A program made the position numbers and the translations under genes. Of a DNA stretch of 64,000 nt, positions 51,532-64,000 are shown one piece after another. Under the pieces are notes generated by a model, which saw only the letters and a program-made list of their open reading frames with translations, made no database searches and was not told where the DNA came from. Position 1 is the first letter of the stretch. The number at the start of each line of letters is the position of its first letter. Origin of the DNA: Squalus acanthias (taxonomy: Eukaryota); the NCBI GenBank assembly GCA_030390025.1, contig CM059426.1, forward strand, positions 95,728,001 through 95,792,000, given 5' to 3'.

Positions 51532-51700
51532 ACCTACCTCAGCACCGCTCCCCCTTCGGCTCCTTCAGAATGGCGCAGCACGGCCCCGCTCTGCGCTGCC
51601 AAATCACCGAAACCTCTCAAACCGGCGGAAACTGCTCACAGGCTCAATCTGTCTTTTCTTTTATATATGAAGCAGCCCGTCCCTCACACCGGACAACATC
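51532..51700 (-). promoter_or_regulatory. Second candidate promoter and short first exon (~51635 to 51538)
   Basis: Minus-strand TATATAAAA at 51659-51667; CpG-rich exon; donor GAG|GTAGGT at 51538/51537. Confidence 0.5.
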
Positions 51701-52214
51701 TTCTTCAGTTTGAGCACTAGTTCTCACGACTACCTAACATATCCACAGGTAACAGTGGGCATCAAAAGGACCAGCAAGAGCCAAGTTGTGTCAGAGTGAC
51801 TGAGCCAGAGACTGACTACGCTGCAAGCCTCCACTCAGACTAGGTAGGACATCCTGTGCCGCAAGCATCAAACCAAAAGAGCTGTAGGTTGCAGTTTCAC
51901 CTACCCCTTTTTGTGGTTTGTGCTTAGCAGCAACACTAAAGGACAACATAACTATAGAATTAGGTCCAAACCTGACTCTAGAGAAGAGGTGTGAAACCCC
52001 CTAGAGGATAATGTCTCACACTGTTTTGGTTTGGCTCCGCATGGAATATAACTCCAGTGTGGTGTCAAATCTGGTTTCGATGTGCTCAGAGGCTCCTGCC
52101 CACACACATTCATGACATTTAAAATGTAATGGCCAGGAGCACACTTACATAAAGCACTCTCTTGGCCATGGTAATTCAAGTGATAATTCAACTAGGAGCC
52201 AGGCAGGAGCCTGC

Positions 52215-52925
52215 AATTTAGTATACTGTATTCGCTGCTCACGATGTGGTCTCCTCTACATTGGGGAGACCAAACGCAGATTGGGTGACCGCTTTGCGGA
52301 ACACCTCCGTTCAGTCCGTAAGGGGGACCCCGAGCTCCCGGTGGCCTGTCACTTTAATTCACCGCTTCACTCCCACTCTGACCTCACCGTCCTCGGCCTA
52401 TTACACTGTTCCACGGAAGCGCAGCGTAAGCTCGAGGAACAGCACCTCATCTTTCGTTTAGGCACACTACAGCCCTCTGGACTCAATATCGAGTTCAACA
52501 ATTTTAGATCATAACCTCAGCTCCAATCACATTTATATTTTATTTTTTCCATCCTTTTATTTGCCCCCCCCCACCTTTTTTTTCCTCCTAGAAGCTGGCA
52601 GCTGTCCTTCATTCTGCCAGTGGATTTCACACTTCTTTCAGCCTTAATCTGTCACATTAACACCACCTCTAGCCTTGCATATCTCTTAATGTCTCTTAAT
52701 GTCTCTTCATCTCCCCCTTTGTTCTTTTATCCCCTCCCCCTTTTCCCAGCTTTACTCTGGCCTTAAATCTATTTGATTTCCGGCTCTTCACAGTTCTGAC
52801 GAAAGGTCATCGACCTGAAACGTTAACTCTCTTTCTCTCTCCACGGATGCTGCCTGGCCTGCTGAGTTTTTCCAGCGTTTTCTGTTGTTATTTCAGATTT
52901 CCAGCATCCGCAGTATTTTGCTATC
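52215..52925 (+). mobile_element. 3' end of a second PLE family: GIY-YIG domain, 3' UTR and hammerhead
   Basis: 52215-52514 reads NLVYCIRCSRCGLLYIGETKRRLGDRFAEHL...LPVACHFNS...RKLEEQHLIFRLGTLQPSGLN*; pyrimidine-rich UTR; HHR at 52792-52828. Confidence 0.9.
52792..52828 (+). ncRNA. Minimal hammerhead ribozyme
   Basis: AGUU-CUGACGA-A-AGGUC(AUC)GACCU-GAA-ACGU-U-AACU; fully paired helices I and II. Confidence 0.85.
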
Positions 52926-53379
52926 GTATTAGAAAAAAGGTATTGCCTTGCTGGAACAGATGTTCTCAGACCGGTAGCTACAGTATAAACACGTCCAAAA
53001 GTGAATTGTTTTTGTACCCAGGGCAACAATGGATTTCATTGTACATCAGTGTCATTCAAACGGGAATGTCTGTAAATCAGTTTAATCACAGCATGACAGA
53101 AGGGCCGATTTTCCAAATGCACAGTACTAGAATGGAGCACTTCCCATGATTTTCCTCCCATTAGTGGGAGGGGGTGGCAGGCTTTGGAGGCAGGCATCGT
53201 GCCAGGAATAGACACTTGCAACTTCTGGCTTACACTGTATTTGCAAACTTTATTTGCTCTGTCCTAGAAATGCAATATTGCTAAATTCCTGGACGTTACC
53301 CAGGAAACAGCTTTATCTTCTTTCAAATGCTTACTGCACTTTTACTGACTTTAGAAAGAGTAAAAGTGCAGTAAGTGCT

Positions 53380-55265
53380 TTGACTCCAGAGCTCATTACT
53401 GCCTTGATCCAGACATGGATGCAAGAGCTGAATGACAGAGGAGATGTGAGAATAGTCGTCCTCGAAAGTAGGTCTTTCCCTCGCGAACATTTTTTGTATA
53501 TTTGTATGTTACATAGAAATTACATAGAAATTACAGAACAGAAACAGGCCATTCAGGCCAATTTGTCTATGTCGGTGTTTATGCTCCACACGAGCCTCCT
53601 CCCACACTACTTCATCTAACCCTATCAGCATATCTTCTATTCCTTTCAATCTCATGTGTTTATCTAGCTTCTCTTTAAATGCATCTATACTATTTGCCTC
53701 AACCACGCCATGTGGTAGTGAGGTCCACATTCTAACCACTCTCTGGGTAAATAAATTTCTCCTGAATTCTTTATTGAATTTATTAGTGACTATCTTATAT
53801 TTACAGCCCCTAGTTTTTGGATTCCCCCACAAGCAGAAACATCTTCTCTACGTCTATCTTATCAAACCCTTTCATAATCTTAAAGACCTCTATTACATCA
53901 CCCCTCAGTCTTCTCTTTTCTAGAGAAAAGAGCCCCAGCCTGTTCAGTCTTCAAGGCAGAATTCAACTGAGTATGGCACCGAGTAGCCCATGCCAAACTG
54001 AAGTCAACGTGGGTCAACAGGAGAAACTGTCCAGTGGCTGGAGTCAAATCCGACACAAAGGGAGATAGTTGTGGTTGTTGGAGGCCAATAATCACAGCAC
54101 CAGGATAGCAGTTCTTCAGGGAAGCATCCTCAGCCCATCCATCTTCAGCTGCTTCATCAATGACCTTCTCTCCGTCATAACGTTAGGAGTGGGGTTCTTC
54201 TCTAACTATTCCACAGTGTTAAACTCCATTCACAACTCCTCTGATAATGAAGCAGCCCATGCCAGCCGAGAGCAGGACTGGAATAAGATCCAGGCTTGGG
54301 CAGATAAGTGGTAGGTAACATTCATACCACATAGGTGCCAAGTAATGACCATCTTGAACAAGAGAAAGCACAACCATCTCCCCTTTACCTTCAGCAGTAC
54401 CACCGTTGCTGAGTCTCCCACCATCATGGTTGGCGGGCGGGACTGTCGTATGAGAAGAGATTGAGTAAACTAGGCCTGTATTCTCTTGAATTCAGAAGAA
54501 TGAGAGGGGATCTCATTGAAGCATACAAAATTATTACAGGGCTTGATAGGGTGGATGCTGGGAGAATGTTTCCCTTGGCTGGAGAGTCTAGAACCAGGGG
54601 CCACAGCCTCAGGATAAAGGGTAGGCCATTCAGGACTGAGATGAGAAGAAATTTCTTCACACAGAGGGTGGTGAATCTTTGGAATTCTCTACCCCAGAGG
54701 GCTGTGGAGGCTCAGTCATTGGGTATATTCAAAACAGAAGTCGATAGATTTCTGACTAGTAAGGGCATCAAGGGATATGGCGATAAGGCCGGTGAATGGA
54801 ATTGAGGCAGAAGATCAGCCATGATCTCATTGAATGGCGGAGCAGGCTCGAAGGGCCGAATGGCCTACTCCTGCTCCTATTTCTTATGTTCTTATCAATA
54901 TCTTGGGGGTCACCACTGACCACAAGCTTAACTCAACCAGCCCTATAAACATTGTGGCTACAAGAGGCTAGGTACACTGCAATGTGTAGCTCACTTCCTG
55001 GCCCCTCAAAGCTTCTCCACCATCTACAACAACAACTTGCATTTATATAGCACCTTTAAAGTAGTAAAATGTCCCAAGGCGCTTCACAGGAGCGTTATCA
55101 AACAAAATCTACTAGGCTCAAGTCAGGAGTGCAATAGAATACTCACCACTCACTTTGATGGATGAAGCCGCAACAACGCACAAGAAGCTCAACACCATCC
55201 AGGACAGAGTAGTTCACTTGATTGGCAGCCCTGTCACCAGACTCAATATCTGCCCTCCATCACCG
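53380..55265. mobile_element. Nested LINE cluster
   Basis: Old copy of the 33997-35570 family (plus strand) interrupted by CR1 ends at ~53510-53951 (minus) and ~54431-54893 (plus) and an L2 tail at ~55027-55110. Confidence 0.8.
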
Positions 55266-55491
55266 GCAATGGCCATCGTGATTTTATTGGATTAACGCCC
55301 CTTTTCATGTCGCGGCCAATTAGACTGAAAAATAATGGTACAGGTGACCTGATATTGACGTGCTTTATGGCCCACACAGGACTCTCAGCTTGGGAGACCA
55401 ACAAAGGGGCCATTAAAGCTGTGGAGCCTCACCCCTGCGGTCTGGAAATTGTTCTCAGTTTTGCCATCGAGAGTCCTGTTAGTGTCTGAAG

Positions 55492-55967
55492 TGTAAGATA
55501 TAGCCTAGAACGCCTATACATGCTTATTTAGATATTTTACATATTGCAAAGGTTAAGTATCCCAGAATCCTTTTCCAACAGGCCAAGAAGCCCTTGATGA
55601 GTTGTAGCAGCTATTGATCTCCCACAATCGCCAGACAAACAGGCTGCAAATAACAAGACAAGAGGGAAGTCCTTGATTAGATCCAGCAAGCTATCAATCT
55701 CCCACAATAGCTAGACTAAAAAGAATATGAACAAGATAAGCAATAAGTGCCACATAAACAGGCAGAGAAGGAATAGAGTCCGAATGTCAACATTTCTCTC
55801 AGCGGAACCTGGTAGTATCGAGTCTTTTGTATTAATCACTGTAACTTGTGTTTTGCTAGTGAGTCAGCTTGTTAACTCTGTGACTGCCGTGTGTTCTTTT
55901 AAATCTGTTAACAAAATAATCCCACTATATATCCATATTGGTTTGGTCTCCTTCAGAATCTCTTACA
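55492..55967 (+). mobile_element. Short solo LTR candidate
   Basis: Perfect 7-bp inverted termini TGTAAGA/TCTTACA; internal duplication (gctat..atctcccacaat.gc.agac); TSD is imperfect. Confidence 0.5.
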
Positions 55968-57626
55968 GTAAGCAATTACTTTCAGGATCCCACCTCTAGC
56001 TACGTGTTAAGGGGAAAGCATGGCAATGGCTATCCAGTCAAGATGCCCATGGATCCGAAGGCTCATGGGTGGTGGCCGGCCGGTGACAGCGGCCAAGGCG
56101 GTCAGAGAGCAGCTAGTGGCTCAGGTGTTTGGATAATGATACCCTGCCCCCCACCCAGCCCTCATTTCCAGCCCCCCCCCCCCGCCCCCATTTCCCGCCC
56201 CCCATTTCCCCCCGCCCCCCCAGGAAATCTGAATTTTTTTTGCCATGAACTGATCCTCACGAAGCTGTGTCTGCAAAGAATGACAGGCAAGATCGAAACA
56301 AACAATTGAACTTTTATTCAGTACAACAGTACAATAACCATAAATTAGCAAACAACATCAGTGTAAATTCAGAAGAGAACAAGGAACTTTCATCACAAAA
56401 ACTCAACAAGAGGCAACTACTGAAAATTGAACTGTTTTGAAACTGGCAGTCACAAATGGCGAGGCCCGCAACCATCTGCAGAAAGCAGCATTGTTGGGCA
56501 GCAACCTCAGGTGCAACAAGGAAGGTGGTTGAGGATTAAACGGCAGCAGTGGTAACACTGCCTTGAAGTAGTCAGTTATAAAGTAGTGCATAGTATTAGA
56601 AATAATGCAAAAACTTTCATGTGGCAACACTTTAGGTACAATTGTTTCTAACAGTAGTAAATAACTATTCTACAATGAACGTGTCTACGTCATTGCCTGT
56701 AAACTAAGCTACAGCAGCGGTAACACTACGTTGAGGTATTAAATTAAAAAGTAGTGCATAACATTGGAAATTGTGCAAAACTTTTCCTGTAACATTACTT
56801 TAAGTGGAAATTTGTTCAACAATTTTTGAAAGAACAAAATGTGTTAACATCATTTCTTATACACTTAAATTTCAAACTAATTACAAGCAATTCTGTAGCC
56901 CTAAGGGTGACTCAGAGCCAATGAGGTTGAGAATGAGCAGGAGGAAGAGACCCTTACAGGTAGGCGACGCCCAATCCCTCATACCCATGCCTCCCAATGC
57001 ACCCTGATGCCTGACAGGTCGACTCTGACCACGAGCTCTCTCAGCCCCGTCTAACCAAATCGCTGGGAACGTGGCTGCAAGTGGGAAGGCGTGTGCGCCT
57101 GCTGCAGGGCGAGAGGGGCTGGGCGGCGGTGAGAAGGTGGCACGCTAATGGGAGGGTGCGAGGAAGGTGGCCACTGTCACATGTCCCCTCCATGTCAGCA
57201 CCCTCACGGTGCAGTGTGAGGATGTGAGTCCCCGCGCCACTTCTTCCGCCCACCCCCCCGAGGAGGTGCTTAACCTCCTTGTCCTCTTCCTGGTCCTGCA
57301 CAGTCGCTGCCTAAGTCCCCTCTGCCATAGTATCCTCCGGCCAGTGTGGAGCTGTAGGAAGGAAGGATAAAAGGTTAAAATGGTCCTCAGATTTCATAGT
57401 CAATATTACATTCAATCTACAACACGGTAAACGGCCATTTGACCCAAGTGGTCTATGCTGGTGTCTACACGATACACAAGTCTCCTCCCACTCTAATTTT
57501 CTCCTCCCATCCTGCACCCACAAGTGGAAACAGTTTCTGCACATCCAGTCTATTGAACACCTGCAAATTTCCAATATCTCTATCGGGCCTCCTCTTAGTC
57601 TCATCCTTGGCCAGATTGCTACCCAT

Positions 57627-58059
57627 GAAAGAAAGACTTGCATTTTATATAGCACCTTTCACGACCATCGGACGTCCCAAAGTGCTTTACAGCCAATTAA
57701 GTACTTTTTTGAAGTGTAGGCACTGTTGTAATGTAGGAAACGCGGCAGCCAATTTGCGCACAGCAAGCTCCCACAAACACCAATGTGATAATAACCAGAT
57801 AATCTGTTTTTTAGTGATGTTGATTGAGGGATAAATATTGGCCACCACACCGGCAATACCTCCCCTGCTCTTCTTTAAAATAGTGCCATGGGATCTTTTA
57901 CATCCACCTGAGAGAGCAGACAGAGCCTTGGTTTAATGTCTCATCCAAAAGACGGCACCTCCATGAGTGTCAGCCTAGATTGTTGTGCTCAAGTCTCTGG
58001 AGTGGGACTTGAACCCACAACCTTCTGATTCAGAGGAGAGGGTGCTACCACTGAGCCAC
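57627..58059 (-). mobile_element. tRNA-derived DeuSINE (SacSINE1-like)
   Basis: Reverse-complement match to 25270-25669 including A/B boxes, Deu-like core and tail. Confidence 0.82.
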
Positions 58060-58830
58060 AAAAATCTATCAATCTCAGTTTTGAAATTTTCAATTGACCG
58101 AGCCTCAGCAGCTTTTTGGGGGAGAGTTTTCCAGATTTCCACTGCCCTTTGTGTGAAGATATGCTTTCAGATATCACCCCTGAACAGCCTAGTTCTAATT
58201 TTAAGGCTATGCCCCCTTGTTCTGGCCTCCCCAGCAGAGGAACTAGTTTCTCTCTATCTACCTTATCAACTCCTTTAATCATCTTAAACATCTCAATTAG
58301 ATCACCACTTAATCTATATTCAAGGGAATACAAGCCTAGTCTATGCAACCTGTCCTCATAATTTAACCCTTTTAACCCCGCTGCACCCCTTCCAAGGCTA
58401 ATATATCCTTCCTGAGGTGCGGTGCCCAGAACTGAACTGAACAGGGTACTCTGAATGGGGTCTAACCAGAGCTCTGTGCAGCTGTAGCATAACTTCCACC
58501 CCTTTGTATTCCAGTCCCCCGGAGATAGAGGCCAACATTCCATTAGCCTTTTTAATTATTTTTTGAACCTGTCCACTAGCTTTTAGTGATTTCTGTACTT
58601 TGACCCCTAAATCTCTCAGTTCATCCACAGTTCCTACCTTCTCACCATTTAGAAAATACTTTCTATCTTTTTTAGGTCCAAAGTCGATGACCTCACACTT
58701 TCCCACGTTGAACTCCATCTGCCACAGTTTTGCCCACTCACTTAATCTATCAATGTCCCTTTGCAACTTTCTGCTCCCATCTACACTGGTTAATGTGTCA
58801 CATAACTTAGTGCCATAGAAATTACATCGA
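58060..58830 (-). mobile_element. CR1 LINE fragment
   Basis: QRDIDRLSEWAKLWQMEFNVGKC, KANGML, EDRLHRLGLYSLE. Confidence 0.88.
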
Positions 58831-60261
58831 AATTTGTAATTTGTACAACACTGGGTTAGGTGACACAGCTTAGTGTTGTCAGCAAACTTTGATATATGGG
58901 TTTTGTGTTTCTATTTTGATAAACAGAATGATTCCTTCAATGCCGGTGCATCCAAACTACAGCCCCTGGGCCACATCAGGCTTGAGAGCCTGGAAATCCA
59001 GTCATTAAACCCAGGACTCAGTCTATTTACACTTAGATTCACCAGAATGATACCGGGGTTATTCCTGCCTTAACCAGCGATTGCCTTATAAACAGATTGT
59101 ATCGTCCATTCATAGAACATGTTAATCACCATATAGTACAATTCTGAATTTTTAACCACCAAATATATATTTAACAAATTTTTCCAATTTGAATCTATGA
59201 AAATCTCATTTGAACCAGCCTATTATTCTAATGTGTATGTTGTCTCACCAGCTTAATCATGGAAATTACCCAACCAGGAAACCACTTAAAATGTTGAAAC
59301 AACTTACGTGACTAAACTTTTTACCAAGAAAAAGTTTACTTAATTAACAAGACGAATAGAGATCTTTCAGCATGGAAACATTTCAATTTACCATCAGTAT
59401 GATCTGTCCATTCCCCTTAAAAAACGACAAAAATAATATGATGCGGGTGGGAAACCTGGGAGAAGGGGTTTCTCGCAGGCCCTGTCGACTTTAACGGCAG
59501 GGCCTAGTTTGCATCTGAAGCCTCTATTTCCCACCCACAGCCAGCCAGATGGAGAGGCTGGCTTGCTGCGAGCGGGTTGGCCTGCGGCACTAAGCCGCAC
59601 AGAGGAGAGAGGGATTGGATGGGGGCCGGTGCCGGCCTCCGGGTGGTGGGGGGAAGGTGAGGACGACCACGGCCGGCCTCAGGATGATCGGGGGGGAGGG
59701 GTTGGGTCCGGGAAAGTGATTGGAGGCCTCGTGAGGAGGTCTCCGATCACGAGGGGTGGGCTAGGCAGGGACCCTGGATCCAGGAGGTCAGTGTAAAGAC
59801 ACTTACCTCATGAATGCAGCAGTTCACATCTTGCTGTAACTGCTGGGTTTTACAAAGTGTGTAAAACCCGACCAGATAGCGTTAAAAACAAAATGGTGGT
59901 TAAAGAGGCTTCCAGCCTCATTGTAATCCTTAAATTGATGTCCCGCCTTCTGGCAGCAGGTTGGCTGCCCGCCCCTCCCACATCCATTAAAACCAGAAGT
60001 GGACAGGTTGGAGGTGGGTTCAGGTTGGGATTCCGATTTTTAACAATTTAACCTCCACGCTCCAAACCCACCCATTTTGTCAGGTAAAAATTCCCCCCAA
60101 ATTGTGATTCAGAAAATTTAGGTGAAGTTTGTTGGAATTTACATATTTCATTCTCAGATTCTTACTCTGTGTCACTCTACTGGATTTTCTGAGCATTTTA
60201 CTTTAGAAAGGAATTGGAAACAGAGTTACTTCTAATTCTGGATATTAAAAGCAATCTGCCG

Positions 60262-61416
60262 CAGCTCATCTGCTGCTGAAACCCTTATCCATGCCTTTGT
60301 TACCTCTAGACTTGACTATTCCAACATACACCTGGCCAGCCTCCCATTTTCTACCCTCAGTAAACTTGAGGTCATCCAAATCTCTTCTGCCCGTGTCCTA
60401 ACTCGCAACAAGTCCCGCTCACCCATCACCCCTGTGCTCGCTGACCTACATTGGCTCCCGGAAAACTCTCATCATTTTCAAATCCCTCCATGGCCTTGCC
60501 CTTCCCTAGCTCTGTAATCTCCTCCAACCATACAACCTTCCAACGGCCTTGGTGAGACCACACCTGGAGTATTGTGTACAGTTTTGGTCTCCTTACCTAA
60601 GGAAGGATATACTTGCCTTAGAGGGAGTGCAACAAAGGTTCACTGGACTGATTCCTGGGATGGGGGAATTACCCTATGAGGAGAGATTGAGTAGACTAGA
60701 CCTATATTCCCTGGAGTTTAGAAGAATGAGAGGTGATCTCATTGAATGTATAAAATTCTTACAGGGCTTGACAGGGTAGATGCTGGGAGGATGTTTCCCC
60801 TGGCTGGGGAGTCTAGTACTAGGGTTCACAGTCTCAGAATAAGGGGTCGGCCATTTAGGACTGAGATGAGGAGAAATTTCTTCACTCAAAGGGTTGTGAA
60901 TCTTTAGAATTCTCTAGTTCAGAGGGCTATGGATGCTCAGTCATTGAGTATACTCAAGACAGAGATTGATAGATTTTTGGATACTAAGGGAATCAAGGGA
61001 TATGGGGATAGTGCGGGAAGGTAGAGTTAAGGTAGTAGATCAGTCATGATCTTATTGAATGGTGGAGCAGGCTCAAAAGGCCGAATGGCCTACTCCTGCT
61101 CCTATTTCTTATGTTCTTACAAATATCTGTGCTCCTCCAATTCTGGCCTCTTAAGCATCCCTGATTTTAATCGCTCCACCATTGGCAACCATGCCTTCAG
61201 CTGCCAAGGCCCTAAGCTCTGGGATTCCCTCCCTAAACCTCTCCTCATCTCTTTTCTCCTTTAGGACACTCCTTAAAACCTACCTCTTTGACCATGCGTT
61301 TGGTCATCTGCCCTAATATCTCCTTTGTATCAAATTTTGTTTGATAACAGTCCTGTGAAACGCCTCGGGATGTTTTACCACGTTAAAGGCGCTACATAAA
61401 TACAAGTTGTTGTTGT
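60262..61416 (+). mobile_element. L2 3' fragment with nested CR1 3' end (60546-61119)
   Basis: L2 (LIHAFVTSRLDYSN, ITPVLADLHWLP; caagttgttgttg tail) split by CR1 (VRPHLEYCVQFWSPY). Confidence 0.85.
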
Positions 61417-63064
61417 TTGTATTCTCACAAGTTTAAAAATTGCACCCAGATGGAACATGATTAATATGCTAATTGAAAGTTGTCTTTTCCAACAACAGCT
61501 TGCATTTCTATAGCACTTTTAACACAGGACGATGTCCCAAGGCGCTCTCAGGAGTAATCAGACAGAAATCAACACCGAGCCAAAGAGGGAGATATTGGGA
61601 GGGGTGACTAAAATCTTGGTCAAAGAGGTGGGTTTTTAAGGAGGGTCTTAAAGGATGAGAGAGAGGTGGAGAGACAGAGAAGTTTAGAGAGGGAATTCCA
61701 GAATTTAGAGCCTAGACTGCTGAAGCCAGTCTAGGCTGTCAATGGTGGGGTGAAGGGAGTGGATGATGCACAAGTTGCAGGAAAGCAGAGTTCTCTGAAG
61801 ATTGTAGAGCTTGAGAAGGTTAGGGGTGAAGCCATGAAGGGATTTGAACATGAGGATGAGATGTTTAAATTTGAGGCCCGGGGAGTCAGGGAGCCCATGT
61901 AAGTCAGTCATCATAGAGGTGATCAGTGAGCGAGACTCGGTGTGGGATAGGATGAGGGCAGCAGAGTTTTGGATGAGCTGATGTTTATGGAGGGCAGTGG
62001 ATGTGAGACTGGCCAAGAGAGCATTAGACTAGTCAAGTCTGGAGGTGACAAAGGCATGGATGAGGGTTTAGGCAGCAGATAGGCTGAGACAAGGGCAGAG
62101 ATGTGCGCTGTTGTGGTGGTGGAATTAGGCCCCTGATCTGTGCCAAATTAACTGATAGGATAGCAACAGGGTTCTACAATTTTCCAGGCTAGGGAAAGAA
62201 ACAATCGGACAGAGTTCCCACTCCTGATCTAAGTTAACTCTAGCTGGAAAATATTCAGCTGTTATGCGAAGATAAAATTGGGCTTACTTGTGACACTCAA
62301 ATAGTGTCACTGTGATATTCAAATAGCCCACTGACACTCACTATCAAGGCTCAGACATAAAGAATGACTTGGGAAAGTACCAGTTGCTGTTGAGCAACTA
62401 TACCAATAATGAGTCACTGCTTTCAAGAGGAGGAGAGAAAGTTGGAGAGGAAATGAATAAATTATAAAAAGAAAATAATGTTGGAATTTATTTGCTTATT
62501 TGTGCCTGTTTTTTGTTTCCCTCATGTCCGGTGTCATTCCTGATTGAAATCTCCTTCCTGGCCAATGCCAAAGTCACCTGGCCTATCTTCACAGCATGAC
62601 AAAACCAGAAAGACCCCGGATGAGGTACTGTAAATATGACCCAGGCCCTACAAGCATTGAAACACCAACATTTTTCACTACTGCTCCATTTTAGAATTGG
62701 TTTTGAATATTATAATATTAATAATGGGCCCACTAATGACTAAAATGTAAACCTTTGCACACAGCTATTGAGCCTGAGGATTGAACCTGCAACGCTAATT
62801 GTGTGATCAAAACAGGATTCTGCTCTGTTGTTTAATCAAGGAAACGTTCTGTTTTTTTTGACTTGGGAACCTTAACTTACATTACTCATTTCAAAAATTG
62901 GTACCTATTTATCGTAATAGACTCATTACTCAGGATTAAAACATTTCCACCCATTTTGGGGAATAGATTGGCAAGAGCAGCGACACAACTGCATATTTTA
63001 CCTCGTTACATCTGTAGTAAAAAAAAAATTACTTTGGTTAGGTTGATTTGGCTATGATAAATTG

Positions 63065-63317
63065 ACCCTTAGTGTTAGGGGGGGATTAAATATGTGGGGT
63101 TACAGGGATAGGATGGGATATGTTAGCGGGAATTAAATACGTGGCGTTATGGGGATAGGGTGGGATATGTGTCGGTGCAGGCTCGATGGGGATTCTGTGT
63201 GAGAAAGCAGGGACAGGGTACTGGATTTGGATGATCAGCCATGATCGTATTGAATGGTGGAGCAGGCTCGACGGGCCGAATGGCCTACTCCTGCTCCTAG
63301 TTTCTATGTTTCTATGT
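63065..63317 (+). mobile_element. SINE remnant with CR1-type 3' tail
   Basis: ggctcgacgggccgaatggcctactcctgctcc plus tttctatg tail preceded by G-rich SINE-like body. Confidence 0.6.
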
Positions 63318-64000
63318 AAGTGTTGCACTTGAGTTTATTGCATTATTGTATATGGTTTCTAAGGGGTTTTCTGTAAAACTCATGACAAGTTGGCCAATGT
63401 TTTAAATTTTTCTTGTGTAGTTTTTCGAACAGTTTACTATTTTCCATAAGATTACAATGATAAAAGAAATCTCGGCATCAAACCTATAGTCAATGTCTTT
63501 GCTAAGCAATGTGTTGGTGCATGGCTCCTGAATTTAGCTCATGAGAAAATGAAACTTCACACACCATTTACAAGAAATGAAAAATAAGTTGACCACATCT
63601 AGATTAGTCAATTAAAGTTCCGTTCAGTTTAGGAAAATGATTCATTTCCACTGGTTGTTGAGCTTCCTCATTAACTTCATCACTGATTCTTCCAAGATTT
63701 ACACTGTCTGCAGGAAGTTATAATTATACTTCCTTGAGCCACAAGTGTATATGTCATTGAAAAGATCAGATGATCATCTGCATTTGTAATAATGGTCACC
63801 ACATTTTCCCACATAACTCTCCAAAAAGCTCAGCTTTCATAAATCACTTTGCATAAGCAAGGCTGATTTTCAGTTTTTAAGTTTATATATTTAAACATTT
63901 TCCACATTTTTTGGGGAATACTCACATATTCACAATATTTCCCCTTTGTTTCAGATTTTAGAAGGTAAGACCACGAGGACCCCCTCCCCCCAAAACACAG

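Noticed and set aside
56900-57360. GC-rich segment with several short ORFs
   Set aside because: Resembles decayed transposon sequence but I cannot assign a family or boundaries with confidence

Overview
Repeat-dense vertebrate genomic DNA, most likely a cartilaginous fish (inferred from the CR1/L2/DeuSINE/Penelope repeat mix, not proven). The only recognisable host gene is RHOH (single coding exon, 27565-28131, minus strand). Two candidate minus-strand first exons/promoters lie upstream at ~45.1-45.5 kb and ~51.5-51.7 kb. The most notable content is a set of Penelope-like retroelements (PLEs) and minimal hammerhead ribozymes (HHRs). (1) A very young 4.1-kb Neptune-type RT-GIY-YIG insertion is built as a head-to-head 1,656-bp inverted repeat, bounded by an 8-bp TSD inside a CR1, with an HHR at its complete 3' end. 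(2) A second intact-ORF copy has a 10-bp TSD. (3) A second PLE family leaves a GIY-YIG plus HHR 3' end and several ~100-bp HHR-only insertions, one of which repeats the head-to-head architecture in miniature. The rest is CR1, L2 and RTE fragments, DeuSINEs, three solo-LTR candidates, and Harbinger, hAT and Tc1/mariner non-autonomous elements. Repeat boundaries without a stated TSD are approximate.
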